Shown: in pieces, positions 21,087-32,647 of the stretch | Numbering within the stretch: the first letter of the stretch is position 1 | Layout of the letters: each line of letters opens with the position of its first letter | Assembly: GCA_963785305.1 (NCBI GenBank) | Contig: CAWAUV010000008.1 | Location: 1,152,001 to 1,216,000, forward strand | Source: an uncultured Planctomycetaceae bacterium | GTDB lineage: Bacteria > Planctomycetota > Planctomycetia > Pirellulales > PALSA-1355 | Direction: 5' to 3' | DNA length: 64,000 bases | Made by a program: the position numbers and the translations under genes | The notes under the pieces: model-generated | Databases searched by the model: none | Seen by the model: only the letters and a program-made list of their open reading frames with translations | What the model was told of the DNA's origin: nothing

Positions 21087-24000
21087 TTATAGCCTGGCGA
21101 AAACCGCGTCGAGCGCGGCGGTTGAGAGGGTGGTTGGCGTGGTGGCGGCGCTGGTTTCGTCGTTCGGCGCGGCGAGCGTGGCGCTCGAGGTGAGCGATGC
21201 GCTTGAGGTGAGCGATGCAATTGCCAAATCGGTCGCGGCGCTGGTCGATGAAGCCGAACCGGTCGCAGGGCCGCGATTCGTCGCGGAGGTGGGCGACGCC
21301 GCGACATTGAGCGCTGGCGGCAACGACGCGCCGGTCGACGAGCCGCTCCCGCCCGTCGATCCACCGCTTGAACCCGCGGCGGCGGCGAAGGCGGTGAGTT
21401 GGGTCGGTTGATGCGCGACGATGTCGGACATGACCGACTCGCGCACAAGTTCGATCGCGTCGGCGATCACATAGCCATTGGCGTTGTTGCTGATGACCAC
21501 GTTGAGTTGCGAGCCGGTAATCGTGGCCGTGCCGAGCAATTGAAATCCGGCGATCACCGCGCCGTTGGGCGCCGTGGTCTGATTCACCGTCGCCGAGCCG
21601 ATCGCCCCGGCGCCGGCGTTCGGATCGTGGAACGTGTAGGGCGTGTTCGTGGCGTGGTTGCTGGCCGTGGGCCAAGCGGCGTAAATCTGATAGGTTCCCG
21701 CCGTGAGGCCGGTGAAGTTGTAGGTCGCCGTGGCGCTGCCATTGCCGGCCGCGGCGTAGTGCTGGTTGTCGTCGTAGCCGGCGCCGGTGTAATTGACCCA
21801 CGGGCCCGAAAACGTGACACCGGTGTTCGAGCTGTCGTCGAGCGTCGCGACGACGCCGGGCGATTGGCCGGCGCCGGCGACATTGAAGCTGAAGCCGCCG
21901 TGCGCCGGATCGTTGCTGCCGATCGCGATCGTGGCGTTTCTCGCGCCAGTTGTCGTGGGCTTGAAGGTGATGGTAAACGTCGTGCTCGCTCCGGCGGCGA
22001 GCGAGAGCGAAGCCGGCTGCGAGACCGTGAAATCGCCGGCATTGGCGCCCGAGACGGTGACCGCCGTGGCGGGCAAGGTGAGCATCGCGCCGCCGTTGTT
22101 GGTGATCGTGTAGGTTTGGGTGAGCGACGAGCCCACGGCGGTGGTGGCGAACGCCGTGCCGTTCGTGGTTTCGGTCGTCTCGACTTGGCCTCCGACCGTG
22201 GGCGCGATATCGGTCGGGCTGCCACTGACCGGCTTGTTGCTCACCGCGATCTGGGCGCGGTGGGCGAGGCGATCCTCACCAGTTCGATCGCGTCGGCGAT
22301 CACATAGTCGTTGGCGTTGTTGCTAATGACCACGTCGAGCGTGCCCGAAGCGACATTGACCGTGGCCAATTGCTGGAACCCGGCGACCACGGCGCCATTG
22401 GGCGCGGCCGCCTCGTTGACCATCGCGGCGCCGACCGGGGTCGCGCCATCGTAGAAGTTGTAGGGCGCGTTGGTGGCGTGGTTGCCGGCCGTGGGCCAAG
22501 CGGCATACACGGCATATTCGCCGGCGGCGAGGCCGGTGAAGCTATAGGTCGCCGTGGCGCTGCCATTGCCGGCCGCGGTGTAATGCTGATTGTTGTCGTA
22601 GCCGGCGCCGGTGTAGCTGGACCAAACGCCCGAGAAGGTCACGCCGGTGTTCGAGCTATCGTCGAGCGTCGCGACCACCGCGGGCGCTTGGCCGGTTCCG
22701 GTGACATTGAAGCCGAAGCTGGCATGCGCGGGATCGTTGCTGGCGACCGAGATCGTGGCGCTTCTCGCGCCGATGGCCGTGGGGCTGAAGGTAATGGTGA
22801 ATGTCGTGCTCTGGCCAGCGGCGAGCGAGAGCGAAGCCGGCTGCGTGACGGTGAAGTCGCCGGCATTGGCGCCCGAGACCGTGACCGCCGAGGCGGGAAG
22901 GTTGAGCGTCGCGCCGCCGTTGTTGGTGATCGTGTAGGTTTGGGTAAGCGACGAACCCACGGCGGTGGCGGCGAACGCCGTGCCGAACGCGGCCGCCGCG
23001 GTTTCGGCCTGGCCGCCCGCGGTGGGCGCGATATCGGTCGCGCTGCGGAAGCCGGGCCTATAGCTCACGGCGATTTGCGGAGTCGTCGACGCGGCGACTT
23101 TCACGAGTTCGACCGCATCGGCGATCACGTAGTTATTGGCGTTGTTGCCGACGACGACATTCAGCCCGCCCGAGGTGACATCGACCAAGGTCAGTTGCTG
23201 GAAGCCCGAGATCACGGCGCCATTGGGCGCGGCCGCTTCGTTGACCATCGTGGCGCCAATGGGCGCGGCGCCATCGTAGAAGTTGAACGGCGCGTTGGTG
23301 GCGTGGTTGCCGGCCGTGGGCCAAGCGGCATACACGGCATATTCACCGGCGGCGAGACCGGTGAAGTCGTAGGTCGCCGTGGCGCTGCCATCGCCGGCGG
23401 CGACATAGTGCTGATTGTCGTTGAAACCGGCGCCGGTGTAGCTCGTCCAAACTCCGGCGTACGTGGCTTGCGGATCGTCGAGCACGCCGGCCACGTTGGC
23501 CGTTCCTATCCCTTGGATTCCAAATGCGAACGATGGATTCGCGGGATCGTTGCTCGCGATCGTCACGGTGGCGTTGAGCGTGCCCAAGGTCAACGGCGCG
23601 AACTTGACGGTGAAGGTCTCGCTTTGGCCGGCGGTGAGCGCGAGCGAGTGCGGCTGGGTTATGGTGAAGTCCGCGGCATTGGCGCCCGAGATCGTGATCG
23701 GATTCGCGGGCAACATGAGCGTGCCGGCGCCGGCGTTGGTGATCTTGTAGACTTGCGTCACGCTGCTTGTCAGGGCGGTGGCGGTGAAGAGCGTTTGGTT
23801 TCCGCTTTCGGGCTGTTCGCCCGGCGCCACGGCCACATCGGCGCCACTGACGGTCAATGCCGGCTGGGTCGAAAGCGCGACCGGCACGATCTCGATTGCG
23901 TCGGCGATTACGAAATTGTTGGCGTTGTCGCTAATCACGGCTTGCAATTCATTGCCCTCGACCGTGACCGTGGCCAGCAATTGAAAACCGCTGATCGTGG

Positions 24001-27000
24001 CTCCGTTCGGCGCGACGGTCTGATTCACCGTGGCCGCGCCGATCGCCGAGTCGGGGCTGAGCGAAGGATCGTAAAACGCATAGGAAGTGTTCGTGGCATG
24101 ATTGCCCGCCGTGGGCCAGGCGGCGTAGACCTGATAGGTTCCGGCCGGCAGGTTGGTGAACGAATAAATGGCCTGGGCGCTGCCGCCATCGGCCACGGCG
24201 TAATGCTGGTTGCCATCGTAGCCGGCGCCGGTGTAGTTGATCCACTGGCCCACGAACTGCACGCCCGAGAGCGAGCTGTCGTCGAGAATTTGCGGCCCAT
24301 TGCCGATCCCGTCGATGGCAAACGTGAACGGCGTCGTCTGGGTGCTGTCCGACTGCGCGAACGAAATCGTGGCCGAGAACGGTCCGACAGTTGTCGGAGC
24401 AAACTCGATCATGAAGGTGGTGCTGGTCGAGCCCAACAGGTTCGTCGTGGGCTGGCTCGTGACCTTGAACGCTGCGGCGCCGGGGCCGGTGATCGACACG
24501 GCGCCGATCGCGAGCGCGTTGGGTCCCAGATTATCGACCGTGAACGTTTCCGATTTCGTGGCGCCATCGAGCACGACTCCGAAATCGGTGTCGTTCGTCG
24601 CGCTAGCCGTGAGCTGGCCATCGGCGATCGTTTGGCCGCCGCCGGTCACGGTGAGCGACTCCACCTTCACGGTGGGCGAGGTCATCGTTTGGCTGGGGGC
24701 GTATTGGCCCGACGCGCCATCGCTATAGGAAGCGGTGATGATATTCGAGCCGGGCGGGAGCGTGACATTGTTCAATGCGGCCGAGCCGCCGCTCACCGCC
24801 TGCGAGCCCAGAGTGGTCGTGCCGTTGTCGATGAACGTGACCATGCCCTCGGAAGGCGCCAGCGCGCCGGTGGCTGTCACCGCCGCGGTGAGATTCACTG
24901 TTTGGCCATAGGTAATGGTCGCCTGCGAAGCGGTGACTCCGGTGGTTGTGGCAATCTGCGTGACATCGACGACCGCGGCGGAACTGGCCACTTCCTGCAC
25001 GATGTCGTTTGCCGGGTCGGCGATGAACAGATCACCCGCCGGGTCCACCGCGAGATCGTAAGGCGAATTGAGTCTGGCGAGGGTCGCCGGGCCGCCATTG
25101 CCGGTATCCCCCTGCAAGCCGGTTCCGGCGGCGACCGTGATGAGGCCGGTGGTGGGATTCACCTCGAGCACGGAATGGTCGCTATAGTCGGCCAGGAACA
25201 CGTCGCCGGCGGCGTCCACGGCCACGCCCTGGATGACTCCGAGTTGGACCGAAGTGGCCAGGCCTCCGTTTCCATGGAAGAAACCTCCGTCGCTAACGCC
25301 GACGCCGGCGATGGTGGAGATGTCGCCGGTGGCGGCATTGACTTCGCGAACGCGGTAGTTGTTCGTGTCGGCGATGAAGATATCGCCCGCGGCGTCGACC
25401 GCCACGCCCACGGGCTGGCTGAGCGCGGCGGCGGTCGCCAATCCGCCATCACCGCCGTAGCTCGTCGAGCCATTGCCGGCCACGGTCATGATGTTGTAGT
25501 TTGGGCCCCCGGTGGGAATGAGTTCTTGAATGAGGTTGCTGCCCGTGTCGGCGATGAACACATCTCCGGCGGCGTTCACGGCCAAGCCATTCGGGTCGTT
25601 GAGCGAGGCGCCGGTCGCCGCGCCGCTGTAGCCGGGGCTGCTGTTGCCGCCGCCTCCGGCGATCGTGGTGATAATGCCGGTCGAGAGGTCGACTTCGCGA
25701 ATGAGGTTGTTGCCCGAGTCGGCGATGAATAGATCGCCCGCGGAATCCACCGCCACGCCGACCGGGTAGCGAAGCTGGGCTTCCGTGGCGGGGATGCCGT
25801 TGCCGCCGTCGCCCGCATTTCCAGTTCCGGCCACGATGCTAATGAGCCCCGTGGCGTGATTGACTTCGTCGACGGTGCAGGTTGCCGTGTTGACGATGAA
25901 GACATCGCCCGCGGAATCCACCGCCACGCCCTGAGGATTCGCGAGCTGGGCCGCGGTCGCCAAACCGCCGATGCCGCCGGAGCCGAATTGCTGTTCGATG
26001 CCGGCCACGGCCGTGATGATCGATCCGGGCGTGATCGCCGTGACGCTGGCGGCGAAGTTGCCCGCGACGCTGCCGCTGTATGATGCTCCAATGACTTGCA
26101 CGCCCACCGGCAAGCTCACGTTATCGAGCGTCGCCACGCCATCGATCACCGGCTCGGTTCCCAGAATCGTCGCTCCATCGGTGAAAGTGACCGTGCCGGC
26201 GGATGGCGTGCCGGCGCCGGGCGCCGCGATCGTGGCCGTGAGGTTCACGGTTTGACCCGCTATGATGCTCGACTGCGAGGAAGAGACGCTGGTCGTCGTG
26301 GGCGCGGGCGAGACATAGGCGCCCTGGTCGAGCGCGATTCTCTGGTCGCCGCGGGCATCATAGGTCAGGTACACATTGGCGCCCGAATCGTGGTTCGCGG
26401 CCGTGGTCCCGGCTTGCCCGCGCGCAAGCGTGATCGTGTCGCCGCTGATCGCCGTGACTTCGACGATCTCGCCTTCGATCGACAGATAGTCGCCCACGGC
26501 GAGGAATGTGGGGCTGGCGACCGTGGCCGTGGTCGCCGAATTCGAGAGCGAAGCCGAGAGCGTGGTGAGCGCGCCGCCGGCGCCGATGGCCGAACTGCCG
26601 GCCGCGAGGGCGATCGTGTCGACCGGGCCGCCGTTGTTGGCCAGGAGCGGCGCGCCGCTCGATGTGGCGAACACCTGCGCCAGCGCGGAATTGCCCAGGC
26701 CGATCATGTTGTTCTGGCTCGTCGAGACCGAGCCGTAGAGGTCGCCTCCCGAGTTGCCCGCGATGATCGTGTTCGCGGCGGTGAATGTGCCAAACGCATA
26801 GACGCCGCCGCCGGTGGTGGCCGTGTTTCCCGAAATCGTGTCGTTTGTGGTGGTCAGCGTGCCGTTGTTAAGAATGGCGCCGCCATTTATGGCCGAATTA
26901 CCGAAAAACGTGTCGTTCGTACTTGACTCTCTGCCAAAATTGTAAACAGCGCCGCCGTTGAACCGGGTGTTGTTGTTCGACATCGTGACGCCGATGGTGT

Positions 27001-28798
27001 TCAGCGTGCCGCCGTAGTTGTAGATGGCGCCGCCCTCTTCGCTCGCCGAGCTTCTGGTAATCGCATCAGCACTGAGATTCAGTGTCTCGAACGTGAGAAT
27101 GGCGCCACCAAAATATCCCGAGTCGTCCCCGCCGATTCCATTTCCATCCGTGAGCGTCAGCCCGGTGATCGCCACCTGGGCGGCGCCGCCATCGTTGGCG
27201 TTGACTTCGAAGATGCGTGAATTACCGCCGCCGCTGATCGTGAGCTGGTTCGCGCCCAGGCCGGTGATGGTCATCGGGGCGGTGATCAGCAGTTGGCCTT
27301 GGGTGAGCGTGATCGTTTGGCCGGCCAAGTCGGGAGCGAACGTGATCGCGAGCGGGCCGCCGGACGACGCCTTGGCTTGATCGGCGAAGTTGATCGCGTA
27401 GCGCAGCGTGCCCGGAGTGTCGATGCTCGAGGCATTGTCGGCCGCGGACGTGACCAAGAGGCTCGTCACTCCGGCGGCGAAGGCGCCTTGATCTTGCGTC
27501 ACGCGCGCCGCGCCGCGCTGGTCGGTGGCCAAATCGACATTCGCGCCGGAGTTATGCGTCGCGGCCGTGGTTCCATATTGCCCGCGAAGGAGAGTAAGCG
27601 TGTCGCCGCTGATCGCCGTGATCAGCACGATCTCGCTGTCGATCGACAGATAGTCGCCCACGGCGAGGAATGTGTTGCTGGCGACCGTGGCCGTGGTGGC
27701 CGAATTCGAGAGCGAAGCCGAGAGCGTGGTGAGCGCGCCGCCGGCGCCGATCGCGGGGCTGCCGGCCACGAGGGCCATTGTTTGCGTGGGGCCGCCATTG
27801 TTGGCCAAAGGGCCGAGCACCTGCGAGAGCGTATCGCTGTTGGGCAGGCCGACCATGTTGTTTTGGCCCGTCGAGACCGAGCCGTCGAGGTCGCCTCCAG
27901 AGTTGCCCGCGATGATCGTGTTCGCGGCGTTGAAGGCGCCGGAAAGGTCGTAGACGCCGCCGCTGCCTGAAGTCGTGGCCGAGTTTCCCGAAATCGTGTC
28001 GTTCGTGGTGGTCAGCGGGCCGATATTCACAATGCCGCCGCCATTATAACCGGTCGAATTGCCCTCGATCGTGTCGTTGGTGCTGAACATCGTGCCCGCA
28101 TTAAACACGCCGCCGCCGCCGCCGTCGCTGGCCCTGTTGCCGTAAATCGTGTTATTCGAGGACATCAACGTGCCCGCGTTGTAGAGGCCGCCGCCGTCGA
28201 CGCCGGCCGTGTTGCCGGAAATCGTGTTATTCGAGGACATCAACGTGCCCTCGTTGTAGACGCCGCCGCCGCTGCCGCCGGTCGAGGAGCTGCCGGAGAT
28301 CGTGTCGGCTTCGAGCGTAAGCTGTTCGGAATTGGCGATCGCGCCGCCGCTGCCGCCACTAGATCCATCCGTGATCGTCAGCCCGGTGATCGTCACTTGG
28401 GCGGCGCCGCTATCGTTGGCGTTGACATCGAAGATACGAGAAGCGCCGCCGCCGCTTACGGTGAGTTGGCTCGCGCCCGGGCCCGTGATGGTCATCGGAG
28501 CGGTGATCGCGAGCTCGCCCTGGGTGAGCGTGATTGTCTGGCCGGCAAGGCTGGCGGCGAACGTGATCGTGTCGCCGTCGTTATCGGTGTTGGCCTGGAG
28601 GATCGCGTCGCGCAGCGTTGTGCCGCTCGCGCCGATGGCGTCGGAGGTCGATGTCACGACAATCGTCTGAGCGGCCAGCATTTGCCGCTGTTCGAGCGGT
28701 TCGAGGCGCGGCAACCGCGTCGCGCGGCGAGGCTTGCGGGCGGCGCGGCGGCTTGAAACAGTCTTCGTGAACAACGATTTCCACTGGCGATCAAACAC
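21087..28798 (-). CDS. Giant modular surface/extracellular protein (about 2570 aa), one apparent frameshift near 22250
   Basis: Basic leader plus LEPLEQRQMLA; two beta-helix GGAI/GGG(V/I)xN units with GPLANNGGP-type ends; Big_3-like Ig domains; NHL repeats (PxGVAVDxAGDxFIAD); alternating ASH/choice-of-anchor-D Ig and YTGAGYDxNQHY..ADAIE domains; ends AALDAVFARL. Confidence 0.9.
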
Positions 28799-29105
28799 TT
28801 CGGTTTCTCCATTGTTTCGGCCCGGAAGCTCGCGTCGATTTTGTCGTCATGCGCGAACGAATCGACGCCGCGCGTGGGTGGTCATGCCCGGCGTCGAGCT
28901 TCGATAGTAATTGCGCCACGATTCGATAGCTAGCGGAAGCGAAGCGGCCGAAGGCGCTGCGGTCGCATTCCGCGATTCCCGCACTTGCGTGGTCGAAAAA
29001 GGTTCTCCCACGCCGCCGGCCAAATCGCTACAAAGCGGGAAAGCAAGAGCAACCGCGCGGGCGCCGCGAGCTTGCGGGATAGCCGCGCGATTCGCCGAGC
29101 GGCGA

Positions 29106-29888
29106 TCAGAGGCGATTCAGATACCGGATCGCCGCGCCGAGCTCATAGGCGGCGTTGTCCGATTGATCGCGGGCCACCGTGAAATAGCCGCGATAGCCCA
29201 ACTCTTCGAGCACGCGAGCAGCGCGGGAAAGTCGACCGAGCCGCGCCCGAGCGGAACCTCGAGCCCTCGCTTGCGGGCCAAGTCGCGCACTCCATCGCGC
29301 GCATGCACATGCAGGATGCGCGGTCCCAGGGCCTCGACGGCCTCGAGCGGCGAGAAGCCATTGACCACCAGCGCGCCCGGATCTAGATCGACGCCGACCG
29401 CGCCCTCGGGCAGCGCGGCGAGAAGTCGCGCCAGGTCGCGGCCATCTTCAGCCCCGGTCTGGGCGGCGAGCCAAGGCGCCGATATGGTGCCCATAGTTTC
29501 CCAAGTCCGTAAGCACGGCGACCAGTGTCTCCCAGGCCGGGCCTTCCGCCTTTTCGGGAATGCGGCCGACATGGTTGATCGTCACTTGGGCGCCAAGATC
29601 GTAGGCCAGCTTCATGGCCGCCTTGGTGGCGGCGATGCGGTGGTCGAGCTCGTCTTGGGTGTCGTAGCCGCGCTGGGTGGGAAAGGCGATCGCCGCGACC
29701 CGCAAATTCAGATCGGCTAGCACATTCCGCAGTTCCCTCAGGCCGGTTTCCGATAACGAGGCCGGCTGAAGCTCCCGCCGGGCATCGATTTCCACGGCCG
29801 AGGCGCCCAACTCGGCCGCCGTATGCAAGGCTTTACGTAGTGGCTGCCTGAGGCCGGCGAGTTGGAGCGCGATTTTCAGAGCGGGCAC
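29106..29888 (-). CDS. Sugar-phosphate isomerase/epimerase (xylose-isomerase-like TIM barrel), two apparent frameshifts
   Basis: AAELGASAVEID, DLDPG, HVHARDG, VPLGRGSVDF, LGYRGYFTV. Shifts near 29475 and 29212; corrected stop 29106. Confidence 0.82.
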
Positions 29889-29969
29889 GGTTTTGGATTC
29901 CTGGGGTTCGAGCGGTGGTGTTCGCGCGGCAAGAGTGCTCGCGACCGCGCCATCGCGGAGGGCGGTGTC

Positions 29970-32590
29970 TTGGGTTCGCTGGCCGCATTATTGAGCATTT
30001 TGGTATTGTCCGCCACGCCGGGGCACCGCGTTTCCACTCGCGCGCCCGACGCCGTGGAGGTATTTCACTGCGGCTTCGAGCCCTCGAGCGACGAGGATTA
30101 TGACGCTTGGCCCGATCATTGGACTCGCCGCCGCGGGCCGAATTTGCCAAGCTACCTGCCGGTCGAGATTCGCGAGGAGCCCTCGCCCGAGGGCAAGCAT
30201 TGTTTGCGCATGTCGCTCAACGGCGGCGGGATCGCGCTGGTGAGCCCGCCGATCGAAATCGGCGCGATCTTCAGCTACGAACTCGAAGGCTATGTGAAGA
30301 CCGAGGGCCTCGAGCACGATGTGGCGTATATCGCGATCGTGTTTCTCGATGCCCAAGGGCAACGGGTCGGCAGCCAGGATTCGGAGCGTTTCACCACCGC
30401 GAGCCAATGGACCAAAGTGCGGCTCGGTCCGATCGCCGCGCCGAGCGAGAAAGTGCAATCGGCCGTGATCGAACTGCGCGTCGAGCCGCAAGAACGCGCC
30501 GACCTGCGCGGCACGATCTGGTTCGACGATCTCTGGCTCGGCCGGCTGCCGCGGATTTCGCTTTCCACCAATAGCACTTGCAACATCTTCAGCGCCGATA
30601 GCCCGGCCCCCGAGGTCACCTGCCAGGTGTCGGGCATTTTGGAACGCGATCCGCTGATGGTGTTCGAGCTCTTGGACTGTTCGAGCCAAAGCGTGTCGCT
30701 CCAGCGGCATCGGCTCGAAGGGCAAGTCTTGCGCAGAAATCGTCGAAAGCATCGGCGCTCCTGGGCGCCACGATCACGCAGAATGTCGGTTTCGCCGGCT
30801 CGACTCGCTGGAGCCCGCCCATTAAGGAGCCGGGTTTCTATCGAGTGCGCGTCACGATGACGAGTAGCGTCGGTCTGATCCTGGCCCGCGAGATCGCGCT
30901 GGTGGTGTTGCCGCGGCAAGCGGCGCCGGCTGAAGGCGAATTCGGCTGGTCGCTGCCCGATGGCGATCGTCCGTTGTCGCTCGCGTCGCTCGCGCAGTTG
31001 CTGCCGCAGGTGGGCATCAACTGGATCAAGTTTCCGGTCTGGAGTCGCGGCGCCGGGGCCGAGCGGCTCGATCAGATCGTGATCTTCGCCGAACGCCTCG
31101 GCCGCCACGGCATCGACACCGTGGCCGTGATCGATGAGCCGCCGGCCGATGTGCAATCCCAATTCAACGAAGCCACCGCGCTCTCGGCGGCGGACGTGTT
31201 CTCCGCGACCAGCACCTTGTGGTATCCCTCGCTCGAGCCGATCATGACGCGGCTTTCGCTGCAAGTGAAATGGTGGCAACTCGGTCAAGACGACGACTTG
31301 AGCTTCGTCGGCTATCCCGATCTCGCCAAGCGAATCGCCGAAGTCAAAAAACAACTTCGTCAGTTCGGCCAGCGCATCTATCTCGGCTTCGGATGGCGCG
31401 CCATCAACGAACCGCTCCGCCCCGGGCCCGATAGCTGGGACTTCACCGCCCTGGCCGCGAATCCTCAATTGACCGACAAGGAAATCGGAGCTTATTTGCC
31501 GGCGCAAAAATCCGCGGGCGTCAAACGTTGGCTCTCGATCGAGCCGCTGCCCCGCAATGGCTACACGATGGAAACCCGCGCCACGGATCTCATCGCCCGA
31601 ATGGTCGCCGCCCGCGTTGCGGAAGCCGACGCGATCTTCATATCTCGGCCGTTCGACGATCAATGCGGCTTGATGAATTCCGACGGCTCGCCGGGCGACT
31701 TGTTACTGCCCTGGCGCACGACCGCCGCGGCCTTGGCCGGGTCGCGCTACGCCGGCAGCCTCGAGTTGCCCGGCGGAAGCGTGAATCATGTGTTCATTCG
31801 CGGATCGCGGGTTGTGATCGTGGTCTGGAATACGACGCCCACGCGCGAGGAACTGTTCCTGGGCGCCGACGCCCGGCAGCTTGACATTTGGGGGCGAGAG
31901 ATGCCATCGAGCTCCGAGCGGCCGGGGTTCGACGTGGGGCCTTTGCCGACATTTATCGTCGACGCCAGCGAGCCGGTGGTTCGCTGGAATCTGAGCTTTG
32001 CCTTTGCGCGGCCGCGCATGCCATCGCTCTTCGGGGTGACGCATGAAAACGAATTCGTGATGAAGAACTATTTTCCGCAAGGCATCAGCGGCGAGGTGCG
32101 ATTGTTCACGCCCGATAGCTGGAAAACGTTTCCACGGGTCACGCGATTCAGCCTCGGCGCCGGAGAAGAACTGCGGCAGCCGTTTACCGTGACGCTGCCG
32201 TTCGATGTCAGCTCCGGCCGACACGAGGTGCGAGTGGAAGTGCGTTTGGGCGGCGAGCGGCCCTGTCAGTTCTCGATCTATCGCCAACTGGAAGTGGGCC
32301 TCGGCGATGTGCAGCTTGAAGTCGCGAGCCACTTGAACGCCAACGGCGAACTGGAAGTGGAGCAAAAATTCACGAACAACACGCGCGAGCCGGTTACGTT
32401 CAAATGCATGCTCTTCGCGCCCGAGCGACGCCGACAGGTCGGCCAAGTGATTCGTCTCGGCCAAGGCTCGGAGAGCAAAATCTATCGCTTTCCCAACGGC
32501 CAAGAACTCATCGGCAAGACGCTCTTCCTCAGAGCCGAGGAAGTCAACGGCCAACGTATCCTGAATCAGCGGTTTGTCCCCGAAGAATAG
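29970..32590 (+). CDS. Exported hypothetical protein with N-terminal CBM4/9-like jelly roll and C-terminal Ig/NEW3-like domains; frameshift near 30732
   Basis: GGAGGG RBS, TTG start, hydrophobic leader; CGFE..WPDHW, YELEGYVKT, WTKV, IWFDDL; continues in the 30845 frame. Confidence 0.65.
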
Positions 32591-32647
32591 ACGCAACGTG
32601 GCAATCGTCGCCACGGATGGCCCGCTCCGTTTGGCTTTGGCGCGAGG

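Noticed and set aside
22370..25732. 1120-aa plus-strand ORF and similar long antisense ORFs (e.g. 46653-48554, 55535-57274, 8992-10434)
   Set aside because: Shadow frames of real high-GC genes: Arg/Gly-rich with no motifs.
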